Assembly (NCBI RefSeq): GCF_009914755.1
Contig: NC_060934.1
DNA from: the human T2T-CHM13v2.0 reference genome, Homo sapiens
Strand: one strand, 5' to 3'
DNA: 64,000 nucleotides
Shown: piece by piece, positions 1-13,750 of the stretch
Numbering within the stretch: the first letter of the stretch is position 1
How the letters are laid out: the number at the start of each line of letters is the position of its first letter
Program-made: the position numbers and the translations under genes
Notes under the pieces: generated by a model
What the model was told of the DNA's origin: nothing
The model's database searches: none
Seen by the model: only the letters and a program-made list of their open reading frames with translations

Positions 1-170
1 GGGCTTCTCTGAGCTCATAATATGATAATGTGCACTATGAATTACCAAGAAGCAAGCTATTATGAAATAGTTTTTTCTAATATTTAACTGCAGTACTTTT
101 GTGTTTCAAAGAGTATCCTCTAACTCCACTGGGAATTAGTGTTTTCATAGACCTATGGACTAAAAAATGC
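1..170. mobile_element. Degenerate hAT-Charlie (MER-type) DNA transposon remnant, truncated by window start
   Basis: gggcttctctgagctcataatatgataatgtgcactatgaattaccaagaag resembles the recalled hAT MITE motif ggacttctcagagcctttaatatgctaatgtgcattgtgaatctccaaga; similar sequence recurs near 48780. Confidence 0.4.
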
Positions 171-1418
171 TACATTAAGGACATGCCTGGACTTCAAAAA
201 TGTAAATGTCACTGAACTCCTACAACACTGGGTATGAGGAATCAGAAGCAGTAAGTCCAGGGTTTACTAACAATACTTCCCCTAGGCTAGTGTTAAAGGG
301 TTCTTTCTCTATTCTGTTCTTTGTGCCTATGCAGGAAGTCAGAGAGAGACAATACTTGGTAACACAGGAAGGATTTGAGTAGTATACATGCTGGTTAAAA
401 GAAAATTTAATGAATAAACTTGTGAAACTCTTTCTGAAAGTAAGACTATAGTACATTTTTACAAAAACTAAGTATTATTCCCAGTAGTACTGAGTGCCCA
501 TTATATTGCTATTCTTTGTTTTCCAAGTCATGTTTCCAATAGTTGTCCATGTTGCCTGAAAAACATTTTGCAAACTTAAGTGATTCATATGATTTAAATT
601 TGTTTATAGGTAGGTCAAGACATGAATGACATCAAGAAGTGTGGTACTGATTCTTTAGTTAGCAACTAGATGAAATTTCAATGCCAGGTTTGTGTTTACT
701 TTTGTTTGTATAATAAAATGTAATAAGATTTAATTACATTTTCAAAAAATTAAATGTGAAACTTGGATTTTTTCAATGATTTTTATTTAAAATTTTAATA
801 TTCATTGATTATAATTTATACTTTGCCTTTTAATGTGAAGGATAGTTTTGAATATTTTACAAAATGAAATATAAAAATACAAATCACAAAAATAATTTTA
901 ATTTAAATTTATAGTATTATAAATATATATTCAAATTTTGTAGACTTAGGACACATTTATATTTTTTAATTCTTTAGATTATTATTGTCAATAACACAAA
1001 TTATGTGAGAATCTCAGTTATGACAGCTTCATTAGTGGTTTTGTTGATCTGAAAGAAAATATAAATTTTATGGAATAAATATGTAATCATACGGTTGGCC
1101 CATCAATAGAACACTAAGTCACACATATTACCATTAATTAATTAATAATATTCTATCATTTTTATTCATATAACAAGCATAGATTTATGCATGTATATGT
1201 GAATCTATGTATGTATATACGTGTCTATATTCTAATTCTGTCATTATGAATATATATTTGTTCAAGTAGAAGGATCAGAAAGATTTTATTCAATAGTTTT
1301 TAAAACTTGATTTATGACTTTTAAATATATAGGCCCATGTGGTACATGGGCCTCTATTTGTTCTCCTGTCCTATACTGCAAGTGTCAGTGGTGAGCTTGG
1401 CTACCATGACTCCTGATA

Positions 1419-2199
1419 CAGACTGAACATTCCTAATCCAAAAATCCAAAATCCAAAATTCTAAAAAATCTGAAACATTTGGAGCCACTGACATTATGCC
1501 ACAAGTGGAAAGTTCCACACATGACCTCATGTAACAGGTCACACAGTCAAAACAAAGGCGTACAACATAGTTAAGTGTCCAGGAGAAAAATTATCCTCCC
1601 AGACCTCTTTAGCTGTAATATATCTTTTCTGGATATTCCCAGATTCCCCCATGCAAGTATACCCACAAAGGGTAATAAAATTCCATGTGTGCAGGCTAGA
1701 CACACCACTAACGGCAGTCATGAATAAAATACAGTAACCTTTTAACTAAAACACAGCATCATAGGTGGAAACTGAAATCCTGCCATTGCTTGCTGTTACT
1801 ATTGCTTACCAGCAGATACAGGTATTCTGGTTGCTTAGTTACCCCAAACACATTATTTTTTCACTGCATTAATGGTATGTCTTTTTTTTTTTTTTTTTTT
1901 TTTTACTGTTAAGGACTTGCGTGTGGATAAGTGTAAGAAAATAATTGCTTATTGGTAGCATATGAATTCAGAGTCAGGAATGATAGCAATGCCAAACAAC
2001 CACAAATTGTCCACATGGTGGCTGAGATGGTGAAATCTTTGCCTTCTGATGGTTCAATGTACACAAACATTCTTTCATTTACAAATATAAAATTACCTTT
2101 AGTCTATGTGTACAAAGTATACAGGAAAATCTCCCCCAAAAATATGAAATCTGAGACACTTCTAGTCCCAAGCATTTTGGATAAGGGATATTCAATCTG
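1419..2199 (+). mobile_element. Tigger4 (Zombi) internally deleted TcMar DNA transposon
   Basis: Terminal inverted repeats cagactgaacattcctaatccaaaaat / cattttggataagggatattcaatctg, flanked by TA on the left and CA (mutated TA) on the right; (aaaatcc)n subterminal repeats. Confidence 0.85.
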
Positions 2200-2554
2200 C
2201 ATTTGCCAGCACTGTAAGGGTTATCTTGTGAAGATATGGCAGCATTTCTTCCAAACAGTAACATCTTTCTCTCAAAGACTCTGTACTTCTGTCCAGCTGC
2301 CCCTCTTCCATGTATAGAGTGGAGAGAGAATCATTCATATAACCACTGACATAGAACTTCGTTGATTCTACTGACCTCATTTCCAAGAGCTCATGTAGTC
2401 ATTTCAAGGGATAATAAGAAAAGATGAGTAACTGTTGGTTTTCAGTAATCTGCACCTTGGAGCATAAAACAGAAGTTCAGTCCGGAACTGACAAGCAGTT
2501 CTGAATAGACAAGCAATATGGACACACAGTAGAGCATTCTGATCAGATGAGAAC

Positions 2555-2770
2555 GTGTCCCTCAGCTTCCTTTGCAAGGTAAAATGGAGGACTTGTGTCA
2601 GAATTTACTGTTTAACCTTTATAGTTCTCTGAAAGTAAGGAATGTGTTGTGAATCTTATACAATGTAGACTGAGTGTTCAGTACCTGATTATTATAACTG
2701 TATCCTATTATTATAATTATTATTATAATTTCTGATTCCCAGGATGAGGAAACTAAGGCAAGAAATTCCT
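2555..2770. mobile_element. MIR fragments
   Basis: cctcagcttcct..gtaaaatgg and gatgaggaaactaaggc MIR core-like motifs. Confidence 0.45.
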
Positions 2771-2930
2771 ATAATAGAATGCTGTCTTAACCTTTTATTT
2801 ATGTATTTATTTATTTATTATGTGATCTGGTAAACTTTGATTCAATGGTCTTTTCTCAACTGTGCTTTAAGTGAAGGGATACAAAGTCTATTTTTTGAAA
2901 CAAAACTTATATGCATGAAACACAGATTTA

Positions 2931-3780
<850 letters not shown>

Positions 3781-4054
3781 GTTAAACTTTTCAATGATTT
3801 GATACATGTGAGTTTAATATTTTTATGAGGTATAAGGTCTTTGGAAGGGATATGTGTTATATGATATTAAGGATTTGTCTGCAATTAAAATTATATTACC
3901 TTTCTTCTCTACTTAAAATCCTTTAATGTTTGCCATTTGTTTTCAATCTAAGATCAAACTTCCCATGATGGATACATTTCTTTTTATTTTAGTCCCTGAG
4001 TCCTTCTACCCCATCCCTGCTGCCCAGCTTCAACCCCATGAGGCCTTCTGGACA

Positions 4055-4220
4055 TGGCAGTGTCTATCTTGTTAATTACTAAGCCTTAGTGCTTAGCACT
4101 CTCATTAAGTATTTATTGACTGGCTGACTAACTTAGTAAGATGAGATAGGTTCACACAAGTTCACACAGTTAAAAAGTATGGGAACTTAGACATTTAATT
4201 CAAGTCTCTCTAATGCCAAA
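4055..4220. mobile_element. L2 3' end followed by MIR fragment
   Basis: tagtgcttagcac..taagtatttattgactggctgact L2 tail; ttcaagtctctctaatgccaaa MIR-like. Confidence 0.45.
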
Positions 4221-5149
4221 ATCTAGCTAGTTAACTTTTAACAGAGTGAATGGTCATTTAAGGTTTATTTAACAGACCTTTGAACTTCAGTCATCATCAA
4301 GATTGCTAGGAAGTCCTCAGACACTTCAGAATAATAGCAAGACTCTGAACCAATACTTGTTTTATTCAGGTGGGAAGGAAGGTATTTCTGCAGTTTGTTT
4401 ACAGCTTTATTATTCAGTGTGGTTAAAATATATTTTATTTCATTATCTTCTGAAGAATGTCAAAAGTAGTATTTTATTCACTTCTAAACCTTACGTAATG
4501 GGGCTGTAATTTTGTAATGTTTATAGTCTGTGAAAGAAAAAAATGTTACATTAAAATGCTTCCTCCTTGTTTTTAAAGATTGCAACCCTGTCTGAGCTTT
4601 CTTATGTGTTCCTCTTGGGCATATTTTAAACTACATGATGTATATTATATTTATAATATTATTTAGCCTTTTCAGGAAATAAAGAAATAAAGCTATTTTC
4701 AGAGGGAATTCAACAAACACAGCACATTCTACTGAGACCAATTATTCCAGCTTTGTAGAGTAATAATATAATCTAATAAGACATAGTTACCCACATTTGA
4801 AATAGCTCCAGAATTTTCTGTTGAATAGCTGTCTGCTTTTTTATTTGCTTTTCCCTATCTCTGATCACATGCAAAATTACAGAATAATCAATTGTTTGGA
4901 AGAAAAAGGAGGGATGAGAATATTGACTGGAGATAAATTATTTTTCTGTGTTTGTAATTACTTTCTCTTGCTAAGTCTAGTTTACATGTTCATGATGGAA
5001 AAACCAAGAGTCTTTATTTTGAATCTGTGTTATTTTAAATGTTGTATAGTTACCACTGGCTTTCTATATCCAATTAAAACTACAACTAAGTAAAACAAGA
5101 GCTCAGTGTTAGAAGAAACTTCAAGGTCACCTTCAAGTATACAGATTTC

Positions 5150-5292
5150 TGTAGAGAGGATGCTCATCAGAAATACCTGAGCAGCCTCCTGATCTACAGA
5201 ATGAGAATCACCAGGTCTCAGTTATTAATACATGATTTGAAAGAAAAGCACTCCAGGTATTCTGATTTGAATCCTTAGTTACAAACCATTGA
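5150..5292. mobile_element. MER5A-like hAT MITE relic
   Basis: catcagaaatacctg ... ctccaggtattctgat..., aaaccattg terminal motifs. Confidence 0.5.
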
Positions 5293-5669
5293 TGAAGCCC
5301 AGTTTCCCATATGATGTTCAAATCATCCAAGCGGTTTCCTGAGAACAGGGAGCTCTTTACCTTTAGACACTGCCCTTTTCCTTTTTGAACAGCTATGTCT
5401 ACTAGTACTTCCTTAGAGACAGCTGAAATCTGCCTCTCTTTAGATTGTACCAGTCATCTGTGATCTGACAGGGATGCCACCAAATAGAAAAATACAACTT
5501 CTTTTTAAATTTCAGTCAGTCTCCAGATTTGCATCCATGATTCCAGGTGTGAAGTGACCATCTAACAGAGCCATTATTTCCCTCATTTAAAAAATGTTAT
5601 TTATCAATGCAGATTAATGTGAACAAAGGCAAATAATAGTCTCACCAGAAGTAGGTCCAGTGGTGAGAA

Positions 5670-6460
5670 GGGCCATATAACCCAGAAGAACCCATGGTAT
5701 TAGAGGTTTCTGTGGTGAAGAAAGGTGTTGTGTGAGGTTTATGGCAAGCCCCAGTCAACAGTCTGTAGTGGAAAGTTACATTTTCAATAATAATTCCTGG
5801 CATGCTACTAGGCAGTGGTGGAGATGGACTCTAGTGCTACTAGGCACTGGTGGAGTTGGACTCTAGTGCTACTAGGCACTGGTGGAGTTGGACTCTAGTG
5901 CTACTAGGCACTGGTGGAGTTGGACTCTAGTGCTACTAGGCACTGGTGGAGTTGGACTCTAGTGCTACTAGGCACTGGTGGAGTTGGACTCTAGTGCTAC
6001 TAGGCACTGGTGGAGTTGGACTCTAGTGCTACTAGGCACTGGTGGAGTTGGACTCTAGTGCTACTAGGCACTGGTGGAGTTGGACTCTAGTGCTACTAGG
6101 CACTGGTGGAGTTGGACTCTAGTGCTACTAGGCACTGGTGGAGTTGGACTCTAGTGCTACTAGGCACTGGTGGAGTTGGACTTTAGTGATACTAGCCACT
6201 GGTGGAGTTGGACTCTAGTGCTACTAGGCACAGGTGGAGTTGGACTCTAGTGATACTAGGCACTGGTAGAGTTGACTGTGGAACACCATGTGATAGAAAT
6301 ATCCATTATAAAATGGATTCTGTCAGACTCACTATTTCAAAAGGTTTAGTAGACCTAGGATCAATCCATAGTAAGATGGAACTGGTCCATCCAGTATTGA
6401 GCAAAAGAAGGGCTATGGGCAAAAATAAGCTGTACAAGCAGGTGGCCAGACCCTCCTTGC
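5670..6460 (+). mobile_element. Decayed ERV-L internal fragment (pol RT connection/RNase H region), interrupted by a VNTR
   Basis: Manual translation from 5670 gives GPYNPEEPMVLEVSVVKKGVV*GLWQAP, then ACY*AVVE, and after the VNTR LTVEHHV..IIKWILSD..QSIVRWNWSIQ..KLYKQVA; matches recalled HERV-L Pol GPYDPADPMVLEVSV..SLWQAP..ACYWALVE..LTMGHQV..IMNWVLSD..HSIIKWKWYI..KLHEEVA. Confidence 0.85.
5804..6277. repeat. 32-bp minisatellite (VNTR), 14 full units plus one partial
   Basis: Unit GCTACTAGGCACTGGTGGAGTTGGACTCTAGT at 5804, 5836 ... 6252; units 2-11 identical, terminal units variant. Confidence 0.98.
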
Positions 6461-6589
6461 TCTGATGCCTTTCTTCCAGCCCACACCTGTGGCTGAATTA
6501 GCTATTACTGTGATGATTACATAGCGGTGATTTATGTATTCATTATTTTTGAAACACTTATAAGTTGTCATTCTGTTATTCTTCTGTAA

Positions 6590-7140
6590 TGAAGAACTTT
6601 CTCTTCTCTGCCATTTATTTATCCATATACTTATTTATATTGGTGCAAACTTATGGATTTCTATTTTATTCAATGATTTCTAATTACTTACTGTCATCAT
6701 TTTCATGCTCAAATTGGCCCAGATTAGGCCAGTAGGAGCAACTTCAAGATAGCTCCTATGTTTTTTTGATACACTCTCATTATTCTCTGTGTAAGAGAAT
6801 AATGGTCTGGCACCACAAGATGTCTGAGGTTCATCTTCTACTGTCTTTAAATCGAACTCGGAAAAAGTCATTTCTTTAAGAAGCTCCAGTTTCTTTTAGT
6901 GGAGGATGACTATTAGAAGCCAAGATCTGACTACTTGGTGTATTCACTACCTTTTCTAAATACATATGTGTATAAGAACATGTACACTCAAAAACCATGA
7001 CTTCATATTAAAGCCTCCAATTTTAGTCCAAAGTCTTCCTACCCTTTCTCTTTCCATGTTTGTAAATACATTCTTTAACAGTGAAAAACCTAGTTCTCAT
7101 TATGCACCACATTTGTTTAATCAATTTATTATTTGCCCAA
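6590..7140 (-). mobile_element. L1MC4/5-like 3' UTR fragment
   Basis: gctcaaattggcccagattaggccagtagg..., ttcttttagtggaggatgactattagaagccaagatct match recalled L1MC 3' UTR antisense. Confidence 0.7.
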
Positions 7141-7776
7141 TAAATTGCTCACTCAACTTTGGCAACTGACTCTTCTGTCTGCCATTTAATCCCTCCCACT
7201 ACCCAATAGTGCCCAGGCACCTCACATCCTTGATTGCCAGTGGACACACTGAAAACATGTCTTCAGAAGCCTCCATGCCCTTCTTCTTTAGTGTTTTGTG
7301 TTCTTGAGCACCGTAACAAATACTACTGGTGACCCTTCCCTCCCTTCCCTACCTTCCAACTCCTTTATACCAGGAAGGGAAGGGAATTGTTCATTCTATC
7401 TTTTTGTTCTACTTCCTGGGAATTTTACCAAATTTGTCTTCCAAACTGTCTATTAAAATATTCAGATGTTTATATATACATACACACAGAGTCAAATACA
7501 AATATCTACATATACACAAAAATATCTTCGAATACACATTCATATTATTTGTATTTGAAGAGAAAAGCTTGAAAAATATATTTTTTCTTTCATTCCTTTG
7601 AAAGTTTTTAAATTTTAAAATGAAATTTTAAATAATTTTAGAAGAGTTCCAAAAAGAGTACACCAAGTTCCTGTATACCTTTCATCCAGTTTATTCCATT
7701 AATATTTTACATAAATGTCATACAACTATTCACAAAAAGATACTAATATTTTTCACTTTTTAAAAAAGTAGAATTT

Positions 7777-8101
<325 letters not shown>

Positions 8102-8169
8102 CTATCTCAGAGGATGTTAGTTCTAATTATTTTAAAATGTTTTTCTGTTCCCTGCTTCTTCTGTATCTT

Positions 8170-8245
8170 GGTCCTTCCTCCCATTCTCTCTCCCTCCCTC
8201 CCTTCCTTCTTTCTTTCCCTTCCTTTTTTACCTCCCTCCCTTTCT
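8170..8245. repeat. CT-rich low-complexity tract
   Basis: (ccct/cctt)n. Confidence 0.8.
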
Positions 8246-11200
8246 CCACATTATAAGGTAGCTGCTACATTCCAGGTGAAGATGCACACTTTTAGTTTTT
8301 GTACATTCATGTTTTAGTCATGCTTCTTCTCTCTATTGTATGACTCTCCATCTTTTTAATGTAATTGATAACCAGTTAAGTCCAATTTCCTCCATGATGC
8401 TCTTTTTATTGTTCCAGCTTAAGAGTGATTACTTTCTCCATTCTTCTGAACTCCTTACATCAACTTCAAGTCTTGGTTATTTTATGCATCTCTTCCCTGA
8501 TAGGGTAGAGGTCCCTTGACTGTAAGGTTCAATTAATCTATATGTCATCACAGAGCACCTAGATTAAAAGCAGACATATGGTATTATTATCTACCTGACT
8601 ATATTTTTATCTCTCCTCACATATTTCAGACTTGGGACTTTGTAATCTGAAAGTAAGTTATTATACCTATTCCTAGGGAAATGTACTTTAGTCATATTTG
8701 TTTATTTTTAGAATTTTATTGCCTTTGTAGCACACTTGAGTCTTTGAGACCCACTAATAGACTAAAAATGTTCTATGTTTAGCAATTTACTATTGCCTAA
8801 GCATTAATGCATTTTCTATGATCAGAAGATTTCCTTAGTCATAGTAAATGTAATTCAGTCTTTCTTTTGGGTAACTTTAACAATATATAATCTGAAAAGG
8901 ACTCCTATTGGAACTTTTTTATGAGTTGTAAACTCCTAGGGATGAAGACTAATAAACTAGTGAGGTTTCTGTCAGAGGCAATACTAGTTTATCTGTATTC
9001 TTCTCTTTTATATGTTCTTTTCATTTCTTTCTGTCAAGAGTTCCTTTTCTAGAACACTGGAATTATTATTATGATATATTTTAATCCTATGCTTTTGCCT
9101 ACCATTTCCATTAAGTCTCTTTAAATCTAGGTCTGTGGAGGGAAAAAAAAACATTTACTTGCTACATCTCAAGATTCTCCTGGGGTAATAACTTTGTCTG
9201 AAGTTTAGCAAGCCTATGAATTATTAGCCTTAAAAACCTACCTTATTTTATGGGGCTCTTGTTCTTTCTCTTTAGCTGACAACAGCCTTCAGTGGAACTC
9301 TTCAGGGTAATAAGTAATTACATTATTTCGGATTACTCTGCTGATTTGTTATTATTAATATCTACTGATGAGAGAACTTGAGCAGTAAGTGTTAGGAGAC
9401 AGCCACAGACATGTCTACATGTCACAAAACACTGAATCATATCAATTGTAAGTAAAATCAAATAAAAACATATTTTAGTCCTTTTTCTTTCCTTGCGTAC
9501 TTCTTCCGACCTCCTTTTGTCACATGTCTATCCAACACTTCACGGAAATTTGGCCACAGAGAAGTTTAGCATGTAACACTGCAACCTGATACCTGAATGT
9601 CTACAGACTTCATTTTAAATGTTGTCTCTAGAAGCTCTGACCTTCTTTACACATTCCTTTCCTCCTTTCCTCTGGTTTCTAATGGAAAAGAACAAAAGGT
9701 CCAAATTGTTTTAAAATTAATTTTATTGGATAATTTAAACAGCCCCTTCAGTAATACTGAAGTCGTCAAGGAAAAGGGCAAATTTCAATCTCCCAGATTT
9801 CTCAGGTTTCTACCCCGCTTCCTGGACATTCTCTAATAAAGTATGTGTATTTGTGTGTTTGTAGGAGAGGGGGCAGCATGAGGAGGTAAGAGTTTATACA
9901 AACTCATGATAAACAGGGAGAGTCGAGGTCTTCAGCCATAGTATTGTTGGCTCCTGTAGCCTCAAGGACAGTGTCTTTTGTCTGTTTGATGGCTACTTGC
10001 CTTGGTGGCTACATGCTTATCTGAGTTTATTAGTGATCTGGATTTTGTCCACTTGGACAGGACCTGATGTTCCTCCCTTGAGGAACATCTCTTCTTATTC
10101 CCCTCAGCACTATAGAACCCTGTGAGGTCCGATGTGACTTGTGTTTATTCCTATCTGGGTGATCTGCTCTACTTCCTTCACTAGGGAGGCATCTCTATGG
10201 AAACTCCCCAGTAATCGCTTTATTCCTTCAGAGCTCAGTCTATGCTGCCCAGAAACCAACAGTGACTGAGTGAACTAACTCCCAGGGCTGACCAACTATA
10301 CATTAATGTCACCGTGGGGTAACAGTAGCCAGTCACAAACAGAAAGAGCTCCCTCTGCCCTCCCTCTTAGGTACCTCACATACCTCCTTTCTCTCTAAGG
10401 CAGAGGCTCCAACAGGGAAAGTAGGAGAAATAATTACTCACTCTTCTTTCTTCCAATTTTCTCTTCTTTTGCTTGCTTCTGTACTCTAGTGCTAGGAAAA
10501 CCGTGGGCTTTTCTTTTGCTTATGCTACATCCTATCCTTATTCAAACATGGATCACTAGAAGGGGAATATCCTGTATGCTAGAAGTGCGCTTTATGATCT
10601 GAGTCATTCATGCTTATTTGCTGTTATGATAAATGGGGATGGTTGGTGGAAGGATAAAGAAATATAGAAAATTCTTTTTGTAGACAGTAAGTTTACATGC
10701 CAAAGTCTGAATATTATCTTGCTCTTTTACATTGCATTTTATTTGCAATAGAATCCAATCTTTCCAAAAGCAAATGATTGTCTCCAATGGTCTAGAAAAG
10801 GCAAAAGACAAAAATCACATTTAAACTTTCTAAATATTACTCCTCTAATGGAAGAAATAGGTTTGGGCATTGTATTCAGGTAGCTTAATGTCTACTCCTT
10901 ATTTATACAAAATAGTTGCTTGATTTACTGAATATTTCACTTTTAAATTAGCTGTTTTTGTTAGCCCTACAGAATCTCCTTGTGATTCCTCCACTGTATA
11001 CCATCTCCATTCTAAGCTTTTCCACATCTCACCAGAGACTAGTGGCATGGGAATACTATAATAGTAAGAACAGCCTCTGAATGTCATTTCAGATCTAATT
11101 TAATAGGATATGGATAATTTGTATGCCATGGTACATCCCCATGCCTGGAGCTAATCTGTATTGAGAGATGAATAATACAAATATCACTTGATTCTTATAA

Positions 11201-11926
11201 TTTATGTAGTATAATATTGTCTTTTTTAAATCTAGAATAGTGGATGCACATAATAAATATTCAATAATACTTGTTGCCATTTTTACTTGATTTCTTACTT
11301 GATAATTACTTATCATTTCAAATTAAGACATAATTAAGTGCTGATTAGTTACTAGAGTTTCTAAATATTGATGAATTTTTCATTCTGTATTCTATATTAC
11401 TTCCCTGAACTTGTTGGGAAGACCTCAGTAACAATGCTTTTTAAAAAGTGTTTTGATAGACCCAGTGATAGGAATACACTTATTAATTTCAGCCTTACTT
11501 AGAGATAATTCTTCAAAATTTTAGATTTTTATCTTTTTAAATCTTTGAAATATAGTAAAGAGAGGGCATAATTATTTCATCTTTCACTCTCTACTCAAAA
11601 CCTCTTATTATTTGACTTCACAATTATTAGTCATCACTTTACACAAATACCTTCCTTAAAAGTTACCCATGACAACTTTATTAAGAAATTCAATTTTCTC
11701 TGTGTAGGATAGAGAAAATTTCTCTTTTCAGTCTCTACCCTTCATGCTCCTATTTAACGTGTTACAGTGTGGACCATTCTTTTTCCTGACTCTACTGTCT
11801 GAATTACCTAATACTATATAGTTTTTTTATGACTTTCTTTTGTGTTTTCTTTTTTTTTTTCCTTTGGTAAGTTTTATTTGCTTATTCACCTCACTCCTAT
11901 CCTGCCCATTAATGATGAAGACATTC

Positions 11927-12231
11927 TTTTTTTTTTTTTTTTTTTTTTTTTTGAGATGGAGTCTCTCTCTGTTGCCCCGGCTGTAGTGCAGTGGCATGAG
12001 CTCGGCTCACTGCAACCTCTGCCTCCCGAGTTCACACCATTCTTCTGCCTCAGCCTCCTGAGTAGCTGGGATTACAGGCACCCACCACTGCACCTGGCTA
12101 ATTTTTGTATTTTTAGTAGAGATGGGGTTTCACATGTTGGCCAGGATGGCCTCGATCTCCTGACCTCGTGATACACCCGGCTCAGCCTCCCAAAGTGCTG
12201 GGATTACAGTCATGAGCCACCATGCCTGGCC
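11927..12231 (-). mobile_element. Alu (Sc8/Y-like)
   Basis: Poly-T then antisense dimer; ggccaggatggcctcgatctcc; TSD cattcttt on both sides. Confidence 0.95.
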
Positions 12232-12287
12232 GGCATTCTTTAATATTTCTTCTGCAATATAGATTTTAAATTCCTTTTTTTCATTTT

Positions 12288-12780
12288 TGTGGTAGCCAGT
12301 TTCCAAAGATATACTGCCACCCCAGTGAACCACACCTTCTGGTACTCACACAGGCCCACTGCTTGAATTGGAGCTGGACCTGTGATGTGTTAATAACCAA
12401 TAGAATATGGCAGAGGAGGCACTGGGAAAATTCTGAGGCAAGGTCAGATAGACCTTGTAGCTTCCACCTTGAAGCCTTGCCTGTGCTACCACTTAAGATG
12501 CCCACTACCATGAAATGCCTATGACTGAGAGGCCACTTGAAGGTACTGTGGATGACGGTGCCAGATGAGCACAGCCATCCAATGTAGATGAAGCACCCTT
12601 GGGTCTTACAGATAAGTCCATCTGTCAGCTGAAAACTGTTCTATGAATGCCATGTGGAGCAGAGGTATGGCCCAGCAAAGCCTTGGCTGAATTCTTGACC
12701 TATAAAGTCATGAGATATAATAACCTAAAATGGTTCTTGTTTAAACCCAATAACTTTTAGGGTAGTTTGTTATGTAACAG
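12288..12780 (+). mobile_element. MLT1 (G/H-like) MaLR solo LTR
   Basis: tgtggtag start, accaatagaatatggcagag, 3' end ttttagggtagtttgttatgtaacag. Confidence 0.75.
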
Positions 12781-12869
12781 TTTTGCCCACTTCTATTACT
12801 TCATTGATATCTCTCTAAGGTGAAAACTCAGAACTGGCTGTGTTGTTTTGCCTGATCACTATTGTAGTT

Positions 12870-13690
12870 GGACTTTAAATTCTATTCCATTGATCTATTT
12901 CTCCATTTCTGTACCAATGCCACACTATTTTAATTATAAAAGCTTTATGATATGTTTTATATCCATACTTGGTAAGGTAAACCATTTCATTCCCCTTCTC
13001 CAGCCACAGTTTTCTAGTTTCTATTGAACATTCATACACATAGTTAAAAGATGATAAGAACATCATCTCAAATAATTGGAGAAATTACTTAAAAAACTAG
13101 ACAATTATTTGGGAAAATATATCTTACACCATACTAAGTGAATTACTGATGATTCAGAAATATAAAAATTGAAACTATCCAAGAAATAAAAGAAACATGA
13201 GTGCATTTCTGGGTATAAAAGAAGTTTCCTTGTCCATGATTTAAAATGAAAGACAAGGAAAAAATCAGCAAGTTGGCAAAATAATGCAAAACAAAACAAA
13301 TCATGATAAATAAAGTGAAAAGACAAATGACAGATTGCAAGAAAAATATTTACAACATATCTCACAGATAAAGGGTAATCTCTCTTATTAGATACAAGTC
13401 TCTTAAAATCAATGAAAAAGAAAAAAAACCACAAAAAACAGAAAACAAGAACCTGATAGAAAAATGGACAAAAGTCATTTAACAGACATTCCCACAGACT
13501 TAGTATACAAATAGCCATTAAACACGTAAAAGATGCTCAACATTACTCACAAGTTAAAATTTAAGAATATACTGCAATACCATTTCTCATGCATAAAATT
13601 CACAAACAAATTGAAAGCTTGTGCTATTTGGTAGAGCTTTGAGGAAGAAAGACTTTTTTGCACATTGCTGGAAGAGGGCAACATTTTTCA
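12870..13690. mobile_element. Old L1M ORF2 3' region, rearranged (minus piece ~12870-12985, plus piece ~13045-13690)
   Basis: Minus ORF 12875..13066 ends KAFIIKIVWHWYRNGEIDQWNRI (L1 ORF2 motif); downstream plus-strand gaaaaatggacaaaag..aaagatgctcaacatt. Confidence 0.7.
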
Positions 13691-13750
13691 ACACCTGCTA
13701 TGTACAAGAGACTTGTATATAATTAGAGGGTACCCTTTATCTGTTATATA

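Noticed and set aside
690-1330. Extremely AT-rich block
   Set aside because: No periodicity or recognisable element; treated as low complexity
2470-2560. Possible structured ncRNA (ggacac..ctgatcag..gtgtcc dyads)
   Set aside because: Short imperfect stems, no convincing snoRNA/tRNA boxes, abuts a MIR relic
5804-6277. CRISPR-like array (32-bp hairpin repeats)
   Set aside because: Units are head-to-tail with no unique spacers, there are no cas genes, and the context is primate DNA
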